A stretch of DNA of 51,586 bases, the filler included, from Catajapyx aquilonaris (taxonomy: Eukaryota): the NCBI GenBank assembly GCA_000934665.2. It is 3 parts of 3 records of this genome, joined end to end, with 100 filler letters (N's around TTAATTAATTAA, not from the genome) between each part and the next. Parts side by side here need not be neighbours in the genome. Positions count along the whole stretch, not along the records: positions 1 to 17,117 come from JYFJ02007025.1; positions 17,218 to 34,335 come from KZ539629.1; 1 more part is not named here. The stretch is one strand, 5' to 3'. Position 1 is the first letter of the stretch. Each line of letters opens with the position of its first letter. The notes beneath the pieces are model-generated. The model made no database searches, was not told the DNA's origin, and saw only the letters and a list, made by a program, of their open reading frames with translations. The translations under genes were made by a program, and so were the position numbers. Of the stretch, positions 10,483 to 23,140 are shown piece after piece.

Positions 10483-12355
10483 ATGAAGGCCCTCGCAGTG
10501 TGCGTTCTCGTCCTTCTGGCAGGTCAGTTGTTGTTCACGCACGCCCTGTTATTCCTGCAACCGTTTCTGATGGTGTTTTGAACAGAACTTATATGTTTAT
10601 TTGATATTCTGGAAAGTTATTATCTAACGCGACTCAACAAAAAGACGAAAAACATGCAATTATATTATAATAATAGCTTAACTTGTTAAACCCGCTCAAA
10701 GTAATAAGATTTCAGTTTAGTCCCTCACAACAATAAATATTATAGTATTACCGTACAGTACATTCTCGTATATATTTTTTTAAATCTACTCGACGAGCTG
10801 AATCTATTATTCTTGTGGTGCTCAAACCCAGGCTCAAACATTTCGTTCGAAAGTTATCGACTTTTGAAACAATGAATAATTGTGGCGTCATGGTAACAGT
10901 ATACAATATAATCAGTGCGTGTTGCCTGATGAACACTGGCGGACGATTGTCTGTTGTTCGGGTGTCCAGGGGTTTGTTTGGAATGAGTTCAGTTCTCTAT
11001 TGGCAGCCTTTCTCGGCGGACTGTACGTGTCGCGGCTGTGTGTCCCGATTGTGGGTCATGCCAACTGTTTGATGAAACGTATATGACACGAACATAGACG
11101 TGTGTTGCGGAGTGTTCCCGAGTCTTCCCAATAAGGCCGGCGGCAGAGGTCGCTTCAAATTAAAAACAAATTGAAAATAATCATGTTTTCTTTTTTGTTT
11201 ACATTGTTTACACCTTTTGTTGGGTCGAGTCATGTATCCATAGTTACTACTTAAAAATTTGGAGCAGTGCCGGTCCCCCCCCCCCNCCCCCCCCCTCCTT
11301 AATCCATCGCTGGAAAAGACTCAAGAAAGTTCGCTAATACGGACAGTGTTGATGGGGTCACTACATACCTGTACACAAAACAGCAATGCAAGCCTGCACA
11401 GAGCATGGCCTTTCCCAGTGGCCCGCCCCTTACTGAGAGGAAAGCGAGCACAGTTCCAAATTGGTACAGGACCGATGCCTCACCCATGAATGCTACTGAA
11501 TGGACACATGGTATAGATTAAAGATTACCGGTATTTCAGGGAATAACAGAGAAACCAATGGTCCAAGAGGCAGGCACAAACTACGCTCGATGATCACAAC
11601 AATCCGATTTTAACTCCCAGTCTTCAAGTCACCATCCCCCTCAACAAAATGAGTAAACAGTGTCAGCAAAAGGAACACTGGTTTATTATGTTTTCAAAAT
11701 TCGATACTGAACTTTCGAACTAAACGTTTCTGCGCCGAAGGAATAGCATCATTATAGACTCAGCTCGTCGAGTATAGATTCAGAATATATACTGTACATA
11801 CGAAGACCTATATAATCGTCGTGCGGAACTAAACTGATGCAGTGGCGTCCAAGCTCATTTTGAAAAACAAACAAACTTATATTATACCTTATACAGTATG
11901 CCTGAAAGATGTTTCGGTACTTTACCGTTTCCTGGACCTCACTTTGGCTTTTTATGAGTAAACAGTGTCAACAATAGGACACTCGCATCTGTTAGTGAAG
12001 CACCCTTGGAATTATTGCTTTATTGTTGACAGTGTTTATTATACTTTTGTTGACTAGAGCAGAAGGGAGGACCTTTCAAGGAAAGAGCAACAGAGGCGTA
12101 TAGGAAACGGAAAAAGTACTGATATTAACTAAACTACCACGTATAGAGTAGTTTACAGGCTTTGCTCCAGAAAGTCATGAATGTATAGACATGATTATGA
12201 CGGTTTGACTTTTTCCCAGCAGGCTGCTATGTCAGCTCGGAGGAAGGAGACAAGGAGCCAAGAGAGAAGCTATACCGGTCAGGGATTTGCGATGAAGAGG
12301 TCGACAAACTAACGAAAGCAGGTGGAGAAAAGGCACCTATCGACGAGAAGTGCAA
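10483..12355 (+). CDS. First two coding exons of an unrecognised secreted protein (3' part not found)
   Basis: GTCACC-ATG with an upstream in-frame stop. Exon 10483-10522 (G|GTCAGT) and exon 12223-12355 (TTTTTCCCAGCAG acceptor, AA|GTAAGT donor) give MKALAVCVLVLLAGCYVSS-EEGDKEPREKLYRSGICDEEVDKLTKAGGEKAPIDEKC, a signal-peptide-like start followed by a charged Cys-containing region. Confidence 0.65.
10750..11805. repeat. Degenerate long inverted repeat (old TIR element) in the secreted-protein intron
   Basis: TACTCGACGAGCTGA (10787-10801) vs TCAGCTCGTCGAGTA (11760-11774). GTTCGAAAGTT..TCGACTTTTGAAA (~10845) vs TTTTCAAAATTCGA..AACTTTCGAAC (~11690-11720). Confidence 0.6.
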
Positions 12356-15352
12356 GTAAGTTGTGTGTAAAATACTCAACGTCCATACGGAAATGAATAT
12401 TACATCAGTGGGAACAGTTTGCATTCCTTTAACCCTTAACTACCAACGTGAATCTGCCACACATTGGCTACGACGTGGGGTATTTACGGGGTTTTCATTT
12501 TTTTTAAATGAATTGGCCTTAATACGCTCGTATCACTAAAGCCATTCTTCCGCGCTAAATTCGGCCTGTATTCTCATCTGTATGTGTAAATCGATCTCCT
12601 GTGACCATTAGTTGAGTCATAAGGGACTTGAAACTCCGTTATCGCACCTTCGTAGCCTTCCAGCTCGATGCCGTAAGTAATGGCTTATAACGTAAACATT
12701 TCCAGCAGCAGGGTCTGCAAGATTTTAGTTCCGAGCAATATTTATTGCTGGAAAACAACACTCACACTAGTAGTGTAGGAGCGATGGTTACTAAGCCACT
12801 TCCGGGTTCATGACCTCCACAGGTCGAGGTCACACTCCGAGAATCCAGATCTATTGTTTCGAGCGACAGATGAACGACAGGTGAGTGACAGGTGCATATA
12901 TTTATTCGTATAAGTGGGGCAAATGGGCCAGGCGGGTCGTGCATATTGTTGACACGGAGAGGCCAACTCATAGGTGGGCCATTGTTGAGAAGCCAGCTCA
13001 TCTCCGATATGACACCACAAGGATTGTTGCCCCTCTCTCTTGCATCATGGTGAGGAAGGCCCAGTATCGCCGCCCCCGCTAAAGGACCTGCTGCGCCAAC
13101 AGGGGATAGAACGCGGATATCTGGATTCAGAGCACCGTCCCCTACCATCACGGCCAAAACCCCTCCTGGTTGGAGAGACAAGCCAGGAACCCATAGACTA
13201 TCGGCGCGACGCGCGTGACGTAGTAGGCGATAGGTGTTGAGTGGTGGAAGGGGAGTTAGGCAGGTGGTGGTGTGGGGGATGTATAGTAAGCTGAAATATC
13301 AAAGCGTTCTGATGCCCAAGCAGGAGATTTTTTTTTTAAAAAAAAATAGTTGCCCGGGCCAACCCAAAGCGCCCCAAAAAATATATCTTATTCACGAGGA
13401 GGAAAAAAGCATAATAAGGAAAATGGACCAGATCTGGATGACCCGGATCCCGGCCCAAAGTGCCCCAAAATGGACAAATAAACTCTCCAGAGGCCACCGG
13501 TGTGCATATCCATTTATACCAGGCAACAAAACAGGATGACACCTTGCCCCAGTGTTGCCAATTCGGATAGTTTCGACCCATGCATACCAGGCAATGGCCG
13601 CTACCGGGAGGAAAGGGAGGAAAAAGGCAGAGGATTCCCAAAAAATTGATCTGGTTTAAACCCTCGCAAAAAGTGCCCAGTGTTTGCCATGGGTCCGGGG
13701 CTTTCAGTGGCGACCCAAAAAAAAAAGTGTTCAAAAAAAATATATACCTCCCGTACGTTGCTGCAGCATCTAGGTCACGCAGGGGACAATGGGTAGGGGA
13801 GAAAAAAATGCATAAGAATAATGACACGCGATCCGAGTGTTATTGGGCAGAAAAAAAATGTACAAATATAGCCCCGCTAAAAAGGAGCGGTTGTTGAGCC
13901 AATCCCCAAATATTGTTACCAGGTGGGCCAAATATGCCATTGTTATCGCCACGACCACTGTTGGCAGGATTGGATGAAAACAATAGGATCGGTTGAGGAG
14001 GATAGAGAGCAGGGCATGCATGTGTCAAGGCCCCCCATTTGTGTTGATATAAGATGCGCGAAATAATATCATATTGGGAAGGTATGCTCAGGTAAGCCGA
14101 CAAGAACCGCCAACTTGTATATTATTATGGCCACGACCTCTATTTACGGCGTGAGTAAACAATAGGTTGCCTGATGGGCCAACCCAAAGCGCCTAAAATA
14201 TATCTCAGGGTTTATGGAACACCCTGTAGCGGAAGTTTACGCGGTTATGTGGACCTGTTGGCTCATAACTCCAGTCACACTTTTGTCTGTGAGAGGGTTT
14301 ATGGAACACCCTGTAGCTACACATGCTAGTAACCCCTGTTGAACTTGGATCCAGGCCTGTGATTGGTCAATTCGATTGGTCCATGCCAGTAACCCCTGGT
14401 GTCACGAGTCACCCTGAGGCCGGTGACTATGCTTTGTTATCGTGTGCACTGTTACCGGGACATCTACAGAGGGGAGGGGGAAAAAAAATTCCTGGGGGCA
14501 CCTGAGCTAGGTGTGATATAGAGAAGAGGGAGTGGAAAAAAGGGCAATGTCACGTCTCTATTTGCGAGGAAGGCCACCATCGCAGCTTGGAAGGTGGCCG
14601 GTATAGGTACAGGCACTCTTCTTTGTAGGTTTCAAAGTGCCCAAATACAGTGTTGCCGAGCGGAAAAGGGGATAGTTTCCAGTCACATAACGATTGGCAA
14701 AGTCCCCAAAGTGCCCAAAAATATATCTCACTAATAAGCCACATATAGTGGAATAAGGCATAAGCTGCACATCAGGTCACGCGATGCTAAGAAGAAGGCC
14801 AAGGACATGGGAGAGGGGGGAAAATAATAAAAAGGGGAGGCTATTGGTAGACTGTGCAGGCACAATAAACTCTTCGTCAGATTTTTTAGGCATTCAACCA
14901 TACCAGGCATTTAATACTCACGGCGGGCTCCGAGGGATGAAAAGAGAAGATTTTAGGCTACCGAAAGTGCAGTATTCAACAGGCGGTTCCTAATATGCAA
15001 AAAGACCAATGTACCACTCTGCTATATTTTATCAACAAATAAAAATGGAAGACAGGTGAAGCTGGGAAAATGGGGGCCAATATATACGAGCCAAAAGTCC
15101 TGTGCCCGGACTTTTTCGGAGACTTAACAATTAATTAGGGGTATATACGTCCGACGCCCATTGCAATAGAACTATTATGCATGGGAAAGTTGCGATTTTT
15201 TTGCCCAAGAAATAATAAGGTAGGCAGCAGAGCTCGGGCATTGTGCCAGCAGGGGGTGTGGTTAGGTATAGGCACAATAGACTCTTCGATTTTATAGGTC
15301 TAACCGCCTTTAAAGTACCCAAAAATATGACTCATTAATTATTCACAAGTTC

Positions 15353-15384
15353 ATCACCACCACCATCACCACCACCACCACCAC
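15353..15384. repeat. (CAC)n microsatellite
   Basis: About 10 CAC/CAT units. Confidence 0.85.
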
Positions 15385-17117
15385 TCGCGACATTACTTCC
15401 TCCTTCATCCAACCTATTTCCTCGTCACAAAACAGGACGGTTGCATATGAGCAGCGGGTATTTGTCCAAATATTCGGCGTAGACCTCCAGGGGAGGAGGA
15501 TGGACTGCACAAAATATTTTTTTCACACGTTTATCTGCCTGTTAATAATTAGCGTTATATTTGCACTTTCTCACCTAATAACGTGCGCAATTTTATGTCC
15601 TTGTGCACTTCCATATCTGCTATGAATTGTGACGAAATCATCGAGCTGGTTTGTTTAATTATAATAGTGTTTGGATTTAGCGCCTATGTAATCACGCATT
15701 TTATTACATGTATATTTTTTTGTTCGTGCGATGAATAAACATTACTCCGATTAAAAGCAAGGAGGCAGGCTGGTGTTACGCATCAGAGTGGTTAGAATGC
15801 TTGCCTATGTCGCTCGGAAGCCCCTGGTTTCAGACCGGCCATGAGTCGCAGGATTCCAGAGAATGTTAGAATGGGGCAGCTCAATGCCACTGCTCAATGC
15901 ATATTATGATCCACGTATCGAAGAATGCATATAAATAGCGCGTGGTGTATGGGAGTGGATTGAGACATACGAAATAAACAAGCAAGGTCGAATCATTATT
16001 CGAATAGAGCAGGCTGGCCGAGACCCGAGAGTGGATAGTGTGTTAGCTCTCAGGATTGATCTTGGCCCCCGCGGTATATACAGACATGAAGGACTTCGGC
16101 AATTTTTTGAAAGCGATTCCATGAAACGTGGACATACCGGGTGTCGCCCCCCTTCACAGCCTACGCGGACGAGTGACACAAAATTTTCTGGACGAAGGAA
16201 CTATCACGATTTCGGCAATAAGCAGTCTTACGGCGTCACTTGTTACCTGACGTGGATATACAGTAGGTGACAAATGGCCTCTCCAGCTTTCCATACATCA
16301 CTCTGGGGTTTGACAATTTCTATCAATCCGGTAATTCACAACTGCGACAACAACGTATGTGCCAAGATCATAGCCAGAATTGATGTGTCATACGGGCAGG
16401 GGCCCATGACACCCACCTGTTCTCATCCTCTGACCCCCTACCTGTCTGTCATCACGGGGTAACGTAAATAATAGGCCTAACCTGGCCTAACTATATTAAA
16501 TAAATAATCAGACGTTAACAACTTCAGCGAGAGAACCTTCCATGTAGGTAACCAACATATTTTGAAAAATTACAAGTAGCAAAAAGGTTCTTTATTTGAT
16601 TTCAGGTAGGGCAGCTTCCCCCACCCCCCCTGCACCCCCATGGCTACGCCCATGAAACTTGCCCTAATGAAGTCACATTCCGGGCCTAAGTAGGCCTATA
16701 TCGCACTGGTTCAGCTGTCCGTTCTTCGCAATAATCGCCTCGGACCTGGGAACGAGTTGGTTGCATTATGCAGTGCATCTATCGTGCTTGGCTGAACGTC
16801 TGAACAGTGCAAACATTCTCCCAGGCGTTTCTCATACCTCCGACTTGCAATGACGTCATGCATGGTAGTTGACAATTCAAGCGTTCATGGCTTGCAATCA
16901 CTCGCAGTGACACATGATACTGATGCTCTACCTATGATGAGCCCCAGAATTTGTCCTGGACATCCGTGAAGCAGTGATTGTTTGTCTCGTATGATACTAC
17001 GCATTGCGTTTTGAGCATAGTCTTTTTCGGTGAGTGAGGGACGAATAATTATGCTGGGCTCCGGATTGAGTGTTATTGCGCCGGGACATGGGGACGGTGT
17101 TTTTACAATTATGTCTT

Positions 17118-17217
17118 NNNNNNNNNNNNNNNNNNNNNNNNNNNNNNNNNNNNNNNNNNNNTTAATTAATTAANNNNNNNNNNNNNNNNNNNNNNNNNNN
17201 NNNNNNNNNNNNNNNNN
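17118..17217. other. Artificial contig spacer
   Basis: 44 N + TTAATTAATTAA (stops in all six frames) + 44 N. Confidence 0.97.
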
Positions 17218-20200
17218 ATTTTTTGTTTGGAACAAGTCAGCTATGAGCAGTTTAAAAAGTAGATGTTATTTTTAAAATGATTTCGACATTGGTGCAGGGG
17301 CATTCAGTGCCCCGAATCCGCTGCAAAAATTAAACGCGGCTGAAAAAAAAAAACGCGGCGTTTTTTTCCATCGTGATGTCGAAGAAAATGTTTCAGTTTT
17401 TTGGCATGGTGTCAACGTGTTGTTTTTATCGCGTAACTGATAGCTTGTGACATCATTAATCGATGAGCATGTGTTTCTTAATATATTGCTAGTCATGTAA
17501 TAGACGGGCAATTAGCATATGCGATTTTCAGCTATCGGGAGGGTGGCCGTTTCCTGCAACCCCTTCGGATTGACCTTGCCAACTTTGGGTCCTTGGGAAG
17601 TGACCCTCGGAGAACGCATAACTTTGCCATTTTTTTTCTTGGGGCTGGGAATTTCCTTCCATAATATACCTCACTGCTAATGGAGAGTTGAGCGCCACCG
17701 TAAGCCGGTGCCTTAATTCATCTGGCGTAATTGGTGTCGTTACCGATTACCGAGGGAAAAACCAGGTCGCTGTCTGCATGGCCTCGTACACAGGTACGGC
17801 CCCATACCTTCCGGTAATTATAGTTATTTTTTTAAAGGGCGTGTTAGGGTTGCGACAGATCGTCCTGCAACTTGTGATCTTCAGTGTCCGATGACGTGTA
17901 CCTATCGCATGTGGCGGAAATTCTGCAAGGTTACTAATGCAAAAATTAAACATAACGGAAAGGCGGATTCTTTTGGGTGTTTGTCGCGGGGAAAAAAAAA
18001 CTCTCGAAATGTGCGTGTGTTTGCGGCTTGATGGATGCAGATTTCACAGATGCTGAGCGATATTGTTTGAATTGCAAGGACTGTAATTAAGGTTCATGTC
18101 GCGGGTGGTTCACAAATGGGGAAAGCTGGTGTGCAATGTTTTCTTTTGTGCAGGTATGACGGTGGGTGCCCGACTGTTACCCGGCATTGTGAACAATTAC
18201 GAATATTTTGCAATATCGATATTTTATTCTGGTATATCGCTGCATTATTTGCATGGAGGTAAACCGGCTTAGTTTTATTTTTTTCTGCAGCAAATGCATG
18301 AATATTGTCAAGGCCGGCGGACATATCCGGCGAACCCTGGATGCTGGGTGAACGTGAGTGTATGATGATAACCGATCTCAGGATTTAATTTTAGAGGACT
18401 TAAGGTTGAGTCCACGGTCTTGGAGGTTGAGACCTATCGAGAAATAGAGTCTAAACGTCTGGCCTTGGTAGATAGATTTGCTCTGGGGTGGTAAGGGGGG
18501 GGGGGGGGTAAGAAATTGCTTATCAAATCGGTGGGTTGCTACGCACTTGGGGACCTCCTCACGATTGACCCTCGACCTTGCCCAGTGGCTAACAAGTTGT
18601 ATACTTGTAGAGATATAGACTATCGCTGAAAATTTTGCCACCATGACGGTTTTTGTGCGCAGGAAGTAGCCTGGACGTGAGCGTGATAAATGGACCAACC
18701 ACAAGCTTTGTTGAAGATATAATAATAAAAAATGTCGGTACCGTGTCCTAAACCGCCATTGCAACGATGTACAGTTTCGGACATGCCGAAAATACGGCGT
18801 GAAAAATGGTTCGGAATTTTTGACACCGTGGTGCTAACGTTAGGTTGAATGGATGTTGACCAGTGCTGGAAGCGTCGCATATCATCCGTCTGTTAGTATA
18901 CTGAGCCGTGTGGTATTGATTCAGCTTAGTACAATGTCTGTCAACAATTAGACTAACAAAGGCTTTAGTTGCATAAGTAATTATAAAATAATGGCGCGGC
19001 ATAATGAAATAGTGCTTGATTGACAGTTCATGAAACATTGCGTGTGTTTTTTTTTTCTTCGTGTGCCGTACACGGGTGTAGTGTACGTCCATACAGCACA
19101 GCACAGCGACCCTTGTGCATATTGATCCTGAATCGGGCTGGTTAGTCATCTGGTTGACCTCTGTCCGGCGCATGCGGACGTGGCCATATGTCGCCACGTG
19201 GTGACATCGAGGTGTACGGGTGAGTGCGGTACCTGAAGGCGTGGCCGGAGAAATGCCGTATAAAAATGGGTGATTATGCCGGAATTTCACCTGCAGGTAT
19301 GGTATCCGAAAGGTGAAAGTGCTCGGAGTCGGTGCATCGTGTGTGGAGAGGGGTGACTTGCAGGAAATTCTTTCCGTGTACTACGCACTTGCACTCTAGA
19401 GATAGGGAATTTTGTAATTGGGGAGTGACGGGGGTATCAAGATTATTTAAGTCGCTCGACGGATTACGAGGTACACATGGCTGGGGTGTCGTGACGTGAC
19501 GCAATCTCAGAAGGCGTGAATGGAATTTTTTTTAGGGGGGTTATGTCGTACTGGTGGCGCCTAAAGAGCGAATCGAAATTTGCATATGATCAAGTGAAGG
19601 CGGTCATATGGAGGGCGAATTTTGCCACCATTAAATGTCAAAACATGCAAAACGGTATTACATATTGGAGTACATCACAACGTACCTGCGATGCAAATAT
19701 TATCGAGGCTGGCTGGTGTTATGACGCCAATAGCTGATTGTTTTGCCATAACAGTCATATCGCAAGTGCATGCGTCATGAATTGGCCAAAAGGTGTCCGG
19801 CCCATGTGAGAGGGACCGTGTGGAGAGAAAAATAGGCAACAGGTGGTGAATGGTGCTGGTGGGTGGATAGGGTGGTGTAGAGGGTGCGCTAGTCTCCTTC
19901 TAGAGGGTAGGGTAGGACTAGTTGGCTGGCAGGGCTGGTCGGAGAGGGACACGTGGATCTGGAAGTGCCATATTGTGTGACCGGTGCCATGGGCAAGTGA
20001 GTATATGTGGCATGGGTGGGGATTTTTTTCTTTAAAGGGACCAAAATCCGCCTTGGTCTGCTGGAGCGTGGGGGGTTTTTTTTTTCTCCTTCTTTTCGGA
20101 GGAGTCTTGTGGTATGGCCAGAAGACTGGAAGGGGGGAATGGGCGAGGAAGGAGCGGGGCTTGGTTTTTCTTGGTGGGGGATTTGGCTTGGGGTTGGGTG

Positions 20201-23140
20201 AGAGGGGGCCAGACAGCCTTCTTGTCTCCGGCCGGCCCCCCCTCCAAACGTGGCGTGGCTTGGAGACAAGGAGGACCGGACGCCGGCTCCTACGAGGTGA
20301 CGGTTTTCCCATGCGTGTGTTTGTTCGCGATGTGTGACGTAACAACCGGCAGGTGCGGCCTTGAGTCACGTGTACCGTCAACTGGGGGTCCGGTCTATTG
20401 AAGTTGACGTACCTCAAAGAAAAATTCGGCCATGTTTTTGACCTGATAATGTAGCGCAAAATCCGTGGTCGTGACTGGTCGAAAATAAGGCGGACAGCGT
20501 ACGGTACGTTGGTATGACTGCAGCTTTCTTGTAGCCATTAGTCTCACAAGATGGATAATGGGGGAGGAAAATGGGCCGAGTTCAATGAACATGGCCGTCG
20601 TTATTAATCATGGTGGGAGGTGCTGTTATAATGCAATTGACGTCATTGTCGACAAACTTTTTGGATGCACCCTGTACTGGTTCAACCTGTTGTATTTTAA
20701 AAAAAAGATATGTACTTTTTTGTGTGCTCAGAAGCTGCTTATTTGGGGGGGCTCATTAAAACGTGGTTGCATGTAGAATGATAGCATTGTGTAAGAAAAT
20801 CACCCTGTCCGGAAGGCTGTTGGGTTACAAAGGGTTATTCGACTACCAGAGGCGTGATTAGGTTTATTTAAAATATATACCGGGGGATCTGGTTGGCCGT
20901 GACAATAGAAATGATGCAGTATAGGGTCATTTCCCCCCACTGTCGAGGTGTGTCACCGGTCGGTATCATGGACTCGATGGAAATATTCCTGGAAATGCCG
21001 AGCCAAGTTTCAGTTCTGGGAAAATGTGCGTTGGGGTGTGGATCCTCACCAGTTGCCGGACATACCAAAGTTTTGAGTACTGCAGATTGTGGTAGGTTGA
21101 CGGTGTTGCGTCTGGAGGATGACCTTAGTCTTCTTTACTTGGAGGTCAAGGACGGTGCTTCTGGCCTGGAAACAACCAGGGATCCAGAAACATCTGGCGG
21201 CATCTTTGTATAATGCATTGCTTCTTTTATGCCGTCGGAGCAGATGGTTCGACGTGGGGGGAAAGAAAAGAAGTTTTTGTTAGCATCCTGTATTTGTAGC
21301 GGGAGCGGTAGTACTATAGTAAATGCGGCGTTTGTTCCGTTTTTTTAAGCAGGGTTGCAGGGGGCGATGGCTTGTACTAGAGCGTAACATGTGTTGTGAA
21401 GTGGTTTCAAAATAGGCGAATCAAAAGTTGTGGGGGTACCATATGTTAGAACTTTGTAAGGTTGCATAAGGTGACATAGGTACTGTTTTCATCAGTTATT
21501 TTGTACCTTGGATGGTATACTCAGGTCATATGGGCGGAAATAATAGCGGAACTTGTATTGAGAACAATGCTTTATGCCTAGTTCATTTCCTAGCGCTCCA
21601 GGCATGGGATTATATGCCACAGTAGCACTGCAATGCACTGCTATAACTGGTATGTCCACTGTCAGTTTAGTGGCCACCCACGCATCCGATATTGGCCATA
21701 CTGGCAGTGCAGATAGAACTATCTGCAGGAAGGGGATGTCCCCTTAGATCTGCTGTCCGCCCCAGTGTTAAATAACTCCGGGAATGAATAGAGTGTATTG
21801 TACAGGTGTATGTCAGGAAGTATTAGTTCCGGAAGTAGGAAAAAAGACGTAATGCCAGCTGTCGATTGAGTAGGCGGGGTACGTCAAATTGTGTACGTGC
21901 AAAGGGGAAAAGTGTGTATTTTAGTTAGGTGACTTTCACGCCCTGAGTGAAAGGAGTCCGAGAAGCGGGTTTCGGCTACTGGGCAACTTCCGTTCCTCCC
22001 AGTGTGTGCATGGGACATGACAGCACGAAGTTGTCATGAGCGACGTGGGTAGATAGAGAGAGAGAGAGACGTGTGCACGCGAATGTGCGAGAGTTGGATG
22101 GCCCACTTCTGGGTCAATTGGTCTGGAAAGATGGCGGGGACCGGTGTTGCAACGGGTGCCACGTGGTGCCCAGACAGGGTTGCGCAATTTCTGATAAAGG
22201 GTCATGGGGGGGNGGGGGGGGGGGGTGACCTGCCCCAGCCACCACTGGCAGCACAATATTTGACCAGTGCATGTTTTATCACCCTGCTTATTGTGCAGGT
22301 AACGGATCCTAACCAAACATGTTTTCGCCTAGAAGTGCTAATAGCCTATAAAACTGTTGGGTTTTAAATCGCCACCTGACATGTAACATATCACTTTAAA
22401 ATGCGTCTTATCTGGAGGCTATGATGGAAAAAGAAGTGTCGTGACACCTCTTGCTTGCCCCCTGTCTGATAAAAAGAAAATGGTTAAAGGGAGGGCAATA
22501 GGGGTGTAGTAAACCCGGGTGACCATGGGTTGAGGGTCAGGGGGAGGGTTCCTTTTTCTTTCCTTTTTCTACCTGGAAGGGTGGGTTTTTGGGGGGAAGG
22601 GAGGATTGAAAAGAAGGGGAGCATTGGGGCCTCCTTGCTTTCTCTGTGCCCACAAGAGAGGTTGGTGAGAGGAGGGGTTTGCAGGGTTGTCTTGCCTGCC
22701 TGCTTTCTTTCTCCACAAGAAAGGAGGTTCCACACACATGGATTGGTTTCTAGGAGCACTCCCTCCCCTGGCATGGTCCAGGAGCTGTAGTAAAAGAGTC
22801 CACCTCTGCCGCCTTATCATGTGTGTACAAAGTTGTTGCACTATCGGATAGATATGAGAAGACAGGAGCCAAGGCACACAAATCTCAAGGCTGTACCTGT
22901 TAAGATAGAGCGCAATAGGGAAAGGGTGGGCGCCGGCACGTTCCATGCTGGTCTGGAGACTCCCAGGGGGATGTGTAGGATGCCACTTAGCAAATTGGAT
23001 GACTATTTTGGATGCAGATCAATGTAGTAACATTATCGTTCCTGTTTCAGATCCAACGGTGACGTGGCCCTGAGATCGTCCAAGACTCAGGGTTGCTCCA
23101 TTGGACAAGGAGTTGACTCACAGGTGCCCTCCGTGGTCTT

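Noticed and set aside
12775..14321. Solo LTR (TGTAG...CTACA)
   Set aside because: No matching target-site duplication, PBS/PPT or retroelement coding found.
15765..15860. Third tRNA-derived SINE head
   Set aside because: A- and B-box-like words are too degenerate, and no body, tail or TSD is identifiable.
17272..17630. Possible small spliced minus-strand ORF (MAKLCVLRGSLPKDPKLA...) divergent from AKAP1
   Set aside because: Only about 34 codons, weak donor, no recognisable homology, and close to the contig edge.
19755..20459. 234-aa ORF and overlapping ORFs on both strands
   Set aside because: Low-complexity, G- and homopolymer-rich sequence with no recognisable domain or exon structure. 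Likely non-coding upstream or intronic DNA.
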